This document shows, piece by piece, positions 34,276 to 46,955 of a stretch of DNA of 64,000 nt; positions within the stretch are counted from its first letter, which is position 1; every line of letters starts with the position of its first letter. The notes under the pieces are model-generated. The model saw only the letters and a program-made list of their open reading frames with translations. It had not been told where the DNA came from and searched no databases. The translations under genes and the position numbers were made by a program. Where the stretch lies: the NCBI RefSeq assembly GCF_009914755.1, contig NC_060947.1. The stretch is one strand, 5' to 3'. This DNA comes from the human T2T-CHM13v2.0 reference genome, Homo sapiens.

Positions 34276-34582
34276 GAAAGATGAATATATTTCTAAGTAA
34301 GTTTAATTAAATTGAAATACATCACATTTACTATTTTGTCAATCTTTATTAGGTACCTCACCAACATGTCTGTCTGCTAAATTGACAGATCAATTGATTT
34401 TCTGAGCATATAGTAGCATAAATGGATTTTAAAAGAAATTGGTTCTCAAGGTTAGCCCAACTGACCATCATGTGTAAGCAAGAGAATAATAATGAAAATT
34501 AAGTAAAGGATATTTTATGCAAATCGTATGGTTTGAAAAAAATTAAAATCACTCGGGTCTTGCTGGGTATCTCAAAAGTAGA

Positions 34583-35223
34583 CATCAATGAAAACAGTCA
34601 AATTCTGTAAAGTATTTGAAAAGATTTATTCTGAGCCAAATATGAGTGACCATGTCCCATGACACAACCCTCAGGAGGTCCAGAGAATCTTATAGGTGGA
34701 TTTTAAAATGTTCTGGTTGACAATTGGTTGAGTTTATCTAAAGACCTGGGATCAATAGGAAGGAAATGTTTAGGTTAAGGTAAAGAGTTGTGGATACCAA
34801 GTTTTATTGTTCAGAGGAAGCTCTCAGAGAGCTGACTTTAGAAAGAGCACGTTGTAAAATGTTTCTTATCACAGACTGAAAATGGTGCCTGGCTCTTACT
34901 GGATTATATCCTGGGTCTTGAAAGAAAGAAGAAAAAGGTTGGGGGAAGCGGATTCTCTATAGAATGTGGATTTTTCTGACAAGAGACAACCTTGCAGGGC
35001 AATTTCAAGATATGACAAGGAAATATATTTGGGGTTAAAATATTTGTATTTATTCTCTTATTTTTTATGTGATGTTATGCCAAAGTCAAGTTGGAAAGCA
35101 TGTCACATTATACAGAGTTAAACAAACCCCCCCGATGAGACTTTATGATTTGTAGAGTGTGACTCCCCAGGCCCCTTAGGTAAGAATTTGGGCAAGATAA
35201 AAAATACCAGAGATTAATCCTTA
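34583..35223 (-). mobile_element. MER4C-like solo LTR
   Basis: Revcomp taaggattaatctctgg..ttatcttgcccaaattc; TSD taga at 34579-34582 and 35224-35227. Confidence 0.82.
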
Positions 35224-35789
35224 TAGAGAAACTCAGAGTTTCTCTTTAAACAAATATCCAAAGTTTCTTCAAGCTTCCTGCAGGATTGCTTTCCCTAGGA
35301 ACCCCTCCTTTTCAAAGCACACACACACAAACACAGACACACACCCTACATTTGTTTCTTTGTGTATCATTGTTTTACCTCAATAGTTCTACAATCTTTA
35401 TTCTCTTGAGGCAATGATTCTTTACCGTTTTTAGATTACATGTGCCTTTGAGGTTCAGATAAAATTGATTGAAACGTCCCCAGACAAACATTGTGTTCTT
35501 CTCCTGAAAAAAAGGCAATTTACAGAAGTTTCTCCTAGAAGCCTTCACAAAGTTCTGAGATAAAATTTCCTATGAAAGGATAATCCCTTATGGTTTCCAG
35601 AAAATCAAAGAGCTTATGCATTAGAGTCCCTATGACCACAGTTGCAGAAAAGGCCGGCACTTACTCTTTGTTTCCTTAATATTTTTTGACTATTCTGAGA
35701 TTTTAACTCAATTGACTCACTTCTGAGAATGTAGATCAGGGTCTCCACCCTTAACAGGGTCAAGTACTCCACCCTTTAATAAAACACAC

Positions 35790-35840
35790 TGAGTGTGTAT
35801 ATGTGTATGTGTGTGGGTGTGTGTATGTGTGTATGTGTGA
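35790..35840. repeat. Imperfect (TG/TA)n microsatellite
   Basis: Directly visible; a (CA)n tract also at 35318-35344. Confidence 0.85.
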
Positions 35841-36949
35841 ATACTGGTTAAGACCATACATTCTATATATATGAGTATGTGTGCAATATCTATAATTAAC
35901 AATATTTCCAAAGCAGTCCATGTTTGGCATGTAATACTTAAAAAACCTTGATTCTATTTTCATTTTAAACATAAACTTTCAGATTCTCAGAGAAAATACC
36001 CACTTTTGTCTGAGAATTAGAAATGTATAGTACATACTCACATATACATGCTGTCATATTTTGAAGGGGTGCATCTGAAATGTCACCATATAAGAAGTTA
36101 ATCATATGCTCAACTGTAATTCAGATATGCAGAGTGAAGTTTTAGATTATTAGTACTTAAAATAGCAACAGTTACATCATTAATTTCTCTAATTTTATTA
36201 CCTGGATGTTTTAAAATCTGTACAATTCTTAGATCTCTCCTTTGAGAGAACACAGGAATGGCCAAAATTAACAAAAAGATAATGAAGTAGGGAAATATAA
36301 TAGCATGAGTAGAATCCCAATTTAGAGACAGTAAGATTCATATACATTTCATATGCTCTGCTAATCAGTTTTATTTTTTCCTCCCATGAATAGAAAAAAA
36401 AAAAACAACTAAAGAAGAAAATAGCAAACACCAGAGTTCTCAATCTTGTCTGGGTCCATAGCAGACAGAATCACAAAGTAAATGCACTTGTGGGAATTGT
36501 GAGGCTATTAATAAAAGATTCAGTGATACCACAACTCTAAAGATTATTTTCTTTCTCCAAAAAGCAAAGATATCACAGAAAAGTGTTCATGTCTATATAT
36601 CTAAATAGCTCTGAGAAGTAAAGAACACCAAACATTTTTGAAGATACTGTTATCATTATATATAACCACTAATTCCTTTCCATTTGCTACTTTTAGTGAA
36701 AAATGTTCTTCAGAGAGGGACTATAATAATGATAGTTAGTTTTATAGATATTTTCTTCAATAAATAGGAAACTTGAACTATTTAAAATATTAATGTACAG
36801 TGAATGGATATTAATACTTAGTCATTCATCATTTTTATGGAATTGAAAGACAAAGGTTGGTGGATTAAATAAATATCCTGACCACTGCAGAATCTTCAGA
36901 TAATTTCATTAAAAACTTGGAAAGGTACATGGGATTTCCTTTACTATCT

Positions 36950-39900
36950 TGTCAAAATCCATTTGTGTTGTTATTAAAAAATACCTGTGCAGGAAATGCA
37001 AGATGGCCAGCTAGATACAGCCAGGTGGAACAGCTCTTACCAAGAGACAGAGACCACTGGTATGCTCCTAACAAATCTTCAAAGGGAAGGCACTGAGATT
37101 GGACAGAGGAAAGACACAGAAGCTTGGCTGAAAGTAGAGAAAGCTGAGAACCCTGCATGGGTCTACCAGACACCAGGAATCATTCCTGGCCCTCAACAGC
37201 TCCTGGGGAATGGGTGAGTTGATCTGGCAGGGAGCAAATTGCCGTTGCCACAGGCATCTGGAGCCCAATCAAGGGATGACTCCTTGACCACCACAGACAT
37301 ACAGGTTGGCAAGGAGAGCTGCTTAGAGAAGTGGTAGGGGCAGCAAGCCAGCTGATGTGGAGCCCAGAGGGTTTGGTGCTGGAACATCGATAGCAGAGCA
37401 TGGCCAGATACAGCCATCCCCCTAGGCTCAACTTGCTGCCATAGGAGACTTTAGCTCTAGGGGAACTGTCAGACCTGAATTCTGCACAGTGGTCTTGCCC
37501 ATCAGATGGGGCCAGTCTGACCTGGGTACCCATTGATCTCCTGGCCTCTCCCAGGACCCCAACCTGGCCATGCCTGCATGCAGGGTAGTTGCAGTTGCCC
37601 TGGTTGTCTGCACCATAGCTTCTACATTGGTGGATTGTGGCTGACCAGTAAAGAGCTCCAGTGGGGCAGCCCCTATGGCCACACACCAGCCTGCACTCTC
37701 CCACCCCATACTGCAGCTTCCCCCAGGCCCCCATATAGCACCAACATCGCTTTGCTGGAATGTAATGGCAGGGGTGGGTTTTGGTTTTCTTGCCTCACAA
37801 ACGTGCAGAAGTGCAGTCTATCCCCTCCCCGCCATCGACCACCATTGTGAATGGAGCCTTGGTGGGCACAGAGCTAGCCAGTCCTGCCCCGTACCAGCAC
37901 ACCACCCTTACACTAACTGCATAGAGACAGCAGATCTCCTCCCTCACCTGCCCTGAGTGTCCACTCCTGCTTGCAGGGCAGAAAAGGCATTCAGACCTGC
38001 ACCTGCCAGTGCCTTGCCCCTGAGCCAACACCATCGCCAGCATGACCATGCACACAGTAACCAGCAGAGTTCCCCACCTGGCCCCCAAGCTTCCTTGCAT
38101 CCACCACTGTGGTGAATGCTGGCAGGGAGACAGGCAGCCCAGCATGCACTAGCACTCTGCTGCAGCTGCCGCTACAAGGACAGATCTCACTGTCACCACA
38201 CTACAAAATGCTTTGGCTTACATTATCCATGGGAGTGTAGTAACCAGTGGTATGGGAGTGCCATGGCCTCCCCAGTGCAGTGAATTCCTAACATTGAGGA
38301 GCCAGAGAACAAAGTCAGGGCCCAATACAAGTTTCCCAGAGTTAAAGCATGCAGCCCAGGCATTGGGAGCTGAACATTGGCCCCATAAAATCTTCCAGAA
38401 ATAAACCTATTTAGCTGAATCTATCTTATACCATGATCAAACACTCAAGGTCATTAAATAGCATTAAAAAATCCAAAGGCCAGCAGCCTCAAAGATTGAA
38501 GGCAGATAAGTCCACAAGATGAGAAAGAATCAGCACAAGATCTCTGACAATTCAAAAACCCAGCGTCCATTCTTTCCTTCAAATGACCACATCATCTTTC
38601 TGTCAAAGGTTCTGAACAGGGCTGATATGGCAGAGATGACAAATAGAATTCAGAATGTGGATAGGAATGAAGATCACTGAGCTATAGGAGTATGTTGAAA
38701 CCCAATCAAAGGAGGCTAAAATTCATGATAAAACAATGCAGGAGCTGACAGAAAAAAAAAGCTAGTAGAGAAAAATGTAACCAATCTGACAGAGCTGAAA
38801 AACACATTACAAGAATTTTATAATACAATCACAAATATTAATAGCCAAATAGACTAAGCAGAGGAAAGAATCTCAGAAATTAAAGACTGGCTTTTGGAAA
38901 TAAGACAGTCAGACAAGAATAGAGAGAAAAGAATAAAAAGGAATGAAGTAAACCTCCAAGAAATATGGGATTACATAGACAGACCAAATCTATGGCTCAC
39001 TGGTGTCCCTGAAAAAGATGGGGAAATATGTTTGCCAACTTGGAAAATATATTTTACAATATCATCCAGGAGAACTTTCCCAACCTAGTTAGAGAGGCCA
39101 ATATTCAAATCCAGGAAATGCAGAGAACCCCAGTAACATAATCCTCAAGAATTATTCTCAAGAAGACTACCCCTAAGACATAGAATCATTAGATTCTCTA
39201 AGGTCCAAATGAAAGACAAAATGTCAAAGGCAGCTAGAGACAAAGGTCAGGTCACCTACAAAAGGAAGCCCATCAGACTAACAGTAGACCTCTCACCAGA
39301 AATCTTACAAGCCAGAAAAAAATGGGTGCCAATATTTAATATTCTTTTTTTTTTTCAAAAAAAAATCTGACCCAGAAATTCATATATGGCCAAACAAAGC
39401 TTCATAGGTAAAGGAGAAATAACATCCTTTTAAGGCAAGCAAATGGTGAGGAAATTTGTAACCACCAGGCAGGCCTTACAAGAGCTTTTGAAGGAAACAC
39501 TAAATATAGAAAGTAAAGACTGTTTCCAGCCACTAGAGAAACACACTTATGTACACAGACCAGTGACGCTATAAAGCAATCACATAAACAGGTTGGCAAA
39601 ATAACCAGCTAACATCATGATGACAGGATGAAATCCACACATATTAATAGTAACCTTGAATGTAAATGACCTAAATTTCCCAATTAACAACAAAAAAAGC
39701 AGAGTGGCAAGCTGAATAAAAAAACAAGACCCATTGGTATGCTGTCTTCAAGAGACACATCTCACACACAATAACACACATAGGCTCAAAATAAAGGGGT
39801 GGAGAAAAATCTACAAAAGAAATGAAAAGCAAACAAAAAATACCAGGGCTTTCAATAATATTTTCAGATGAAATAGACTTTAAGCCAACACAGATTAATA

Positions 39901-42900
39901 AAAATGACAAAGAAGAACATCACAAAATGGTAACAGGTTCAATTCAACAAGAAGATCTAACTATCCTAAATATATAGGCACCCAACAAAGGAACACCAAT
40001 ATTTATAAAGCAAGTTATTAGAGACCTTCAAGGAGACTTAGACTCCCATACTATAATAGTGAGAGACTTTAAAACCCCACTGATAATATTAGACAGATCG
40101 AGACAGAAAATTAACAAAGATATTCAAGACCTGAACCCAGCACTTAATCAAATGGACCTGATAGATATCTACAGAACTCACCACCTCAAAACAACAGAAT
40201 ATACACTTTTATTGCCACATGTCACATACTCTAAAATTGGTCACATAATTGGAAACATTCCTCAGCAAATGCAAAAGGGCTGAAATTACAGCAAGCAATC
40301 TCTTGCAAAATGGTGTAATCAAATTAGACATCAAAACTACGAAATTCACTAAAAACCATACAATTACTTGGAAATTGAATAACCTAATCATTAATAACTT
40401 TTGGGTAAATAATGAAACTAAGGTAGAAATCAAGAAGCTCTTTGAAACGAATGAGTACAAAAATACAAAATATAAGAATATCTAGGACACAACTAAGGCA
40501 GAGTTAAGAGGGAAATTTATAGCACTAAATGCCCACATCAAAAAGTTAAATAGACCCCAAGTTAACAACCTAACATCACAACTAAAAGAACTAGAGAATC
40601 TAAAGCAAACAAATCCCGAAGCTAGCAGAAGACAAGAAATAACTAAAATCAGACCTGAACTGAAGGAGATAGAGATATGAAAAGTCATTCAAAAAACCAA
40701 CAAATCCAGGAGCTTGTATTTTTTAAAAAAGTTAATAAAATAGACTGTTAGCTAGACTAATCAAGAAGAAAAGAAAGAAGATTCAAATAAACATGTTCAG
40801 AACAAGGGGGGTATTACCACTGATCTAACAGAAATAAAAACAACCATCAGAGAATATTGTGAACACTTCCTGTTTGCAGACAACATGATCCTATATCTAA
40901 AAAACACCGTAGTCTCAACCCAAAAGCTCCTGAAGCTGATAAAAGACTACAGCAATGTCTCAGGATACAAGATCATTGTGCAAAATCACTAACATTTCTA
41001 TACACCAGCACAAGTCAAGCCAAGAACAAAATCAGGAATGCAATCCCATTCCCAACTGCCACAAAAATAAATAAGTAGAATACCTAGGAATATAGCTAAC
41101 AAGAGAGGTGAAAGATTTCTATAAGGAGAACTAAAAAAACACTGCTCTAAGAAATCAGAAATGACACAAACAATGGTAAAACATTCCATGCTCATAACAT
41201 AAAAAACTATGTTATACTTAATATGGAACAAAAAAGAGCCTGAATATTCAAGGTAATGCTAGAGGCATCATGCTACCTGATGTCAAACTATACTACGGAG
41301 ATACAGTAAGCAAAACAGCATGGTACTGGTACAAAAACAGACACACACACCAAAGGAATAGAATAGAGAAAACAGAAATAAGGTTGCATACATGCACGTA
41401 TCTGACCTTTGACAAAAACAAGCAATGGCAGAAGGATTTTCTATTCAATAAATGATGTTAGGATATCTGAATATCCATATGCAGAGGATTGAAACTGGGC
41501 CCCTTACTTACACCATATACAGAAATTAAGATGGATTAAAGATTTAATGTAAAATCAAAAAGTATAAAAACCCTGAAAGATAACTTAGAAAATACCATTG
41601 TGGACACAGGGATAGACAATGGTTTCATAATGAAGACATCAGAAGCAATCGCAACAAAAGGAAAAATTGACAAATGGGATCTAATTAAAGAGCATCTGCA
41701 CAGAAATGGAAGCTATCAACAGAGTGAACAGACAATCTAGAAAATGAGAGAAAATTTTTGCAAACTAAAGATCTGACAAAGTTCTAATATACAGTATCTA
41801 TAAGGAACTTAAATTTATAAGAAAAAAATCAACTCCATTAAACAGTAGGCAAAGGACAGGAACAGACACTTTTCAAATGAAGACATACATGCAGCCAACA
41901 ATTATATGAAGAAAAGCTCAGTATCACTCATCATTAGAGAAATGCAAATCAAATCCAAAATGAGATACCACCTCGCACCAGTCAAAATGGCTATTATAAT
42001 AAAATAAAAAAATAACAGATGCTGGAGACGTTTCGAGAAAAAGGAACACTTATATACTGTTGGTGGTAGTGTAAATTAGTTCAGCCATTGTGAAAGACGG
42101 TGTGGTGATTCCTCAAAGAACCCAAAACAGAATTACCATTCAACCCAGCAATCTCATTACTGGGTATATACCAAAAGTAATATAAATCATTCTTTATAAA
42201 CACGCATGCACACATAAGTACACTGCAGCTCTAATCACAATAGCAAAGACATGAAATCAACCTAAATGCCTATCAAAAGTAGACTGTGTAAAGAAAATAT
42301 GGTACATATACATCAAAGAATACTATGCAGCCATTAAAAAGAATGAGATTATGTCTTTTACAGGAACATGGATGGAGCTGGAGGCCATTATTCTTATCTA
42401 ATTAACATAGAAACAGAAAACCAAATACCACATATTCTCACTTATAAGTTGGAGATAAATGATACCACATTAATATGTAGAGAATAACACACACTGGGAC
42501 CTATCAGAGGTTGAGGGGTGGAAGGAAGAGAAGATCAGGAAAAATAACTAATGGTTACCAGGCTCAATACCTGGGTGATGGAATACTATGTTCAGCAAAC
42601 CTCCATGACACACGTTTACCTATATAACAAACCTGTGCACCCCTAAACTTAAAAGTTAAATGACAAACATACCTGATACTAGACAGTTTATAAAGAAAAG
42701 AGTTTATTTGACTCATGGTTCTGCAAACTGTACAAGAAGCATTGCGCTAGCATCTGCATCTGCTGACTGGCTTAAGCTGTTTTCACTCATGGCAGAAGGG
42801 CAATGGGAGCTGGCATGTGCAGAGATCACATGGTGAAAGTGGAGCAGACAAGAGAGATAGGGAAGGTAGTTTCCAGGCTCTTTTTAACAACCAGCTATCA

Positions 42901-43066
42901 TGGAAACTAATAGAGTGAGAAGTCACTCATCAACATTCCAACAGCACCAGGCCTTTCATAAAAGATCTGACCCCATGAGAAAAACAGCTCTCATTAGGCC
43001 CCACTTTTCACACTGGGGATCAAATTTCAACAGAGATTTGGGGGAATAAATATCCAAACTATTACA
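36950..43066 (-). mobile_element. MST-type MaLR LTR (pieces 36950-36987 and 42676-43066) split by a long L1
   Basis: tgtcaaaatccatttgtgttgttattaaaaaatacctg joins atactagacagtttataaagaaaagag..tatccaaactattaca into one antisense MST LTR. Confidence 0.8.
36988..42664 (+). mobile_element. L1PA13-16-type LINE-1 with both ends and internal ORF2 deletions
   Basis: 5' caagatggccagctaga; GC-rich 5'UTR; ORF1 (EKRIKRNEVNLQEIWDY); ORF2 EN (DFKTPL..INKDIQDLN); L1PA 3'UTR; TSD aaa(a/c)atacctg at 36977-36987 and 42665-42675. Confidence 0.92.
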
Positions 43067-43231
43067 TGCCCCCATCATTACTACACTTGTGGGCTTCTGA
43101 AGCAGAAACTGTCCATATAGAAAACAGTTAAATTGAATTTGAGTAAATTCAGGAGTAAGCATCATCTTAGCTTAATGATTGATAGATGACATTTTCTGGC
43201 TGGCATAGAATAATGATTTTCCAGTCAGAAT

Positions 43232-43815
43232 GAGATTTCTCAAAGAACTTAAAATGAAACTACCATTTGACCCAGAAATTTCATTGCTGGATATATATTC
43301 AAAAGGAAATAAATCATTCTAACAAAAAGACACATACACTTGTATTTTAATCTCAGTACTATTCACAATAGCAAAGATATGGAATCAATCTGTGTACCTA
43401 TCAATGGTGGATTGAATAAATAAAATGTGGCACATATACACCATGAAATACTACACAGCCATAAAAAAGAACAAAATGAGCTCCTCTGAAGAAACATGCG
43501 TGTAGCTGGAGGCCATTATCCTAAACTAATTAACACAGGAACAGATAACAAAATACTGCACATTTTCACTTACAAGTGGAAAATAAACATTGGGTGCTCA
43601 TGGACATAACAATGGTAACAATAAACACTGCAGACTACTAGAGGGGGGAGGAATTGGGGGTAATGCTAGTAAAACTACCTCTTGTGCTCTATGCTCACCA
43701 CCTAGATGACAGTATCAATCATACCCCAAACCTCAGCATCATGTAATATGCCCATGTGGCAAACCTGCATGTGTATCCCCTGAACCTAAAATAGAAGTTG
43801 AAATTATTAAAAATA
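43232..43815 (+). mobile_element. L1PB-like 3' fragment
   Basis: gagatttctcaaagaacttaaaa..ccccaaacctcagcatca..cctaaaatagaagttgaaatt. Confidence 0.85.
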
Positions 43816-44144
43816 TAACAATGGTCTTTACCAGATGGCAAAGAGAAGGTTAGCTGCTTTAATGTCACTCACTTTTGTGTGTGATAGATGTTTGATTCTG
43901 TAAAAACAGTCTCTGAAGCTTTCCCTCTAGTCCTACCTGGTCCTTTCTTCCACTTAACCTTTTTCCTAGCTCCTGGTGTCTTGTATCTATCTGGTCTGAG
44001 GACAAGATAGCTTTTCTTAAAAAATATGCTTTCAATTATTTTCCTGAATCCCTAGGAAAGTGGTATTTGAATTTTATGATCAAATATATTTATTTTACCC
44101 ATTAGGAGGAAAACAGATTATTATTTCTAAATAGTATTCTACCA

Positions 44145-44395
44145 TACAATATTTATTTATTTGGCAATATAGTGGGCACCTACTATGCACCAAGTATGGT
44201 ATTTAATGGTAGAGACAACAAAATAGTGCATGGCTTATGATTCTGAGGGAGAAGACAGAAATGCAATCTACCAAGTGCACTGAATTACTTTGAACGTCAT
44301 AGAATACATATGAACAGAATACACTGGAAGTCCTAGAAACTGCTGAGAAAAAAAGATTTTATAGAATAGGTGAAATGATTCTTTGAAGATTTTTG
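44145..44395 (-). mobile_element. L2 3' end
   Basis: gggcacctactatgcaccaagtatggt..gggagaagacaga. Confidence 0.55.
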
Positions 44396-44397
44396 AG

Positions 44398-44528
44398 GGC
44401 CAGGCATGGTGGTTCACGCCTCTAATGCCAGCACTTTGGGAGGCTGAGGTGGACAGTTGGCTGGAGGCCAGGAGTTTGAGACCAGCCATGTTAACATGGC
44501 GAAAACCCATCTCTTAAAAAAAACAAAA
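44398..44528 (+). mobile_element. Free left Alu monomer (FLAM_C-like)
   Basis: Single Alu left arm with A tail; degenerate TSD aagat(tt/aa)ttga. Confidence 0.85.
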
Positions 44529-44644
44529 AGATAATTGAATTTCTGTACCTTATAAAAAAGGAGAAGAAAATTCCAGGTTGAAAAATTTGTGAGATTTCCA
44601 TTGAGTGTGTGGCTTCCACTAGTGTGTGTTTGCCATTACTATGA

Positions 44645-45030
44645 GGTTTCCACTGAGGCTTTTATCATATATTCTAGGATTCCTCCTTAGAGACCCATTG
44701 CAGGAATGTACTTTCTAACTTATTTTGATATTAAACATGACAATGTAACTTACTTTGAGCAATAATTCATGAAATTAAGTGAGATGTGTCACTTCTCGGT
44801 GGAAACTTTAAGAGCCAGAGTATTATTTGCCATGTTGTTTATACCTCTGCAATGATAACCAACAGTTCTTCAGATGGTGATTCCTGAGTGAGGGGACATG
44901 AAACAGAGTTTCTAAATGAGCTTCCATTAACATATTACATAAGCAAAAAATTAAACTTCGTTGTAATTGGCCACTAAGATTTTGAGATTGGTTGTTATTG
45001 CAGCATAGCCTGGTCGTCTCTAACTCATAT
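44645..45030 (+). mobile_element. MLT1 (I/J-like) MaLR LTR
   Basis: gatgtgtcacttctcggtggaaactttaagagccag..gccactaagattttgagattggttgttattgcagcatagcct. Confidence 0.7.
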
Positions 45031-45099
45031 GATTAACGAAATAATTGTTAAACATGTAAGTTAGAAGTGACTAGGTGGTCCACTATGTGTGGAGAGATA

Positions 45100-46480
45100 A
45101 GCAGATACTTGAAACATCAACAAGTATTCTTGTATGTTTTGCTAAATAATTTGAATTTTGTCCTATAAAAAATAGTAATCAGTGAAAATGCTTTAAGGAG
45201 GAGAATAATGGTTACATTTGCATCTTAGAAAGGTCAATTCTGATGATAACAAAGAATAGGTTAAGTAAGCCAAGATTAACTTCAGGGAGACCAGTTAGTA
45301 GGCTGTTTCAAAATTTCAGGTAAATATAATAAGAGTCAGAGCTAAGGCACTCACAGAAGTATTTGGTCCTCCTCTCAATTCCCTGACCACTTTTTTTCTC
45401 ATTCTTTTCTATTGCTGAAAAACACAATTTTAATAATAGCCAGGACTATAGTCTCAGGTTTTATGTTATTTGTATGGTCTACCTAAACAATCTCATCTCT
45501 GTACATGTCTTTAAATTGCATGTTTATAAAATATTTGAGAGACCTTGAAGATATAAAATAGGTAAGAGTTCTTGACTTTTTGGATGTAGGAGTAAAGAAA
45601 GGGGAGAGTTTGTGGGTACTAGTAGGACATCCAGGTGGAAATATATAACAGACAGTTGTAAAAGTTGGGGACTCAGGATAGTAGGCTGGCTCAGATGTAA
45701 ATATTTGGCATCTATTTGTATATCCATGAAATTTGAAGACATGGACAGAGATGAGATCGTTTAGGGAGACCATATAAATAACGTAAAAACTGAGACTATA
45801 ACCCTGACTATCATTGATATTTTGTTTTTCCCCAGAGAGAGGCAATAGAAAATAAGCGTGAGAATAAAACATGTTTGGAGAATTGAGAGGAGGACCAAAA
45901 TAGAGTTCTGGTACAGAAGTCCATGGAAGAAGGACCTCAAAGTCTGAATATCTACATCAAATTATACAAGGACTAATAAGAGTCTATTAAGAGGTTACTG
46001 TTAATATTTGCTCCTGGATATTCAGGAAAGTAGTGGTGGAAGGCTGATCGGTGTTTTGAAGAATGGCTGGCAGATGAAGAGACTCTTAACTACGCTTTGG
46101 AGAAAGATGTTTTATGGCAATATACTTGTATCTCTGAGGAATAAACCAGTCAAGAGGGCAAAGTTGAGTGTGCCAAAGAAAGAGATAATTGATGGTCCAA
46201 TGTGGAATAAAATTAGTGGCTACTTTGTAAAGAAAAAGGGCCACCTGTTCTGAAACTGAAGGAGAAAATGTAGAAGTGAGCAAGAGATATAGAAAAGTTG
46301 TTGCTATAAATCCAAGAGGTTTGGTTTGTTCATACTGCATGGACTCAGTTTTCTCAATAAATTAGAAGGAAACTTAAATTAGTGAGTTAGAGGTATGATA
46401 TAAGATTGGAGGGTTGAGGTGAGAAGTAAAAATTTGGAATAGCTGTTACAGGAATTCAAAGATGCTAACCAGGGACACAT
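45100..46480 (-). mobile_element. Degraded L2 body containing the inverted duplication
   Basis: tttgcatcttagaaaggtcaattctg..gggagaccagttagtaggctg; ggacatccaggtggaaat..gacagttg..gatgagatc. Confidence 0.6.
45362..45899. repeat. Long inverted repeat: arms 45362-45533 and 45713-45899, spacer ~180 bp
   Basis: Outer 20 bp are perfect reverse complements (tttggtcctcctctcaattc / gaattgagaggaggaccaaa); 45417-45522 aligns ungapped to the revcomp of the right arm with 15 mismatches in 106 bp by hand count. Confidence 0.92.
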
Positions 46481-46514
46481 CCAAGAATTTCTGAGTCATA
46501 TTGAAATCTCAGAT

Positions 46515-46805
46515 GGCCAGGCACAGTGGCTCATGCCTGTAATCCCAGCACTTTGGGAGGCTGAGGCAGGTGGATCACCTGAGGTCGGGAGTTCAAGACC
46601 AGCCTGGCCAACATGGTGAAACCCCATCTCTATTAAAAATATAAAAATCAGCTGGGTGTGGTGGCGGGCATCTGTAATCCCAGCTACTTGGGAGGCTGAG
46701 GTGCGAGAATCTTGAACCCAGGAGGTGGAGGTTGCAGTGAGCCAAGATCACGCCACTGCACTCCAGCCTGGGTGACAGAGTGAGACTCCCTCTCTAAAAA
46801 AAAAA
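46515..46805 (+). mobile_element. AluSx/Sq
   Basis: Full dimer; TSD aaatctcagat at 46504-46514 and 46806-46816. Confidence 0.95.
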
Positions 46806-46955
46806 AAATCTCAGATGAAGTGAGATTAGAAATGTCTTGTTACCTCAATTCACACTTTTGTGATTCTCTTCTGCAGTGCACAGTAGTGCTAGTGTATCAA
46901 TAGAGGAAGTTATTATTTAGATTGATCCAATTTTTTGGACTTTTTGTGAAAGAGT

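Noticed and set aside
37180-38145. Cluster of overlapping ORFs up to 184 aa on both strands
   Set aside because: Lies in a GC-rich L1 5'UTR where stop codons are scarce; no recognisable protein
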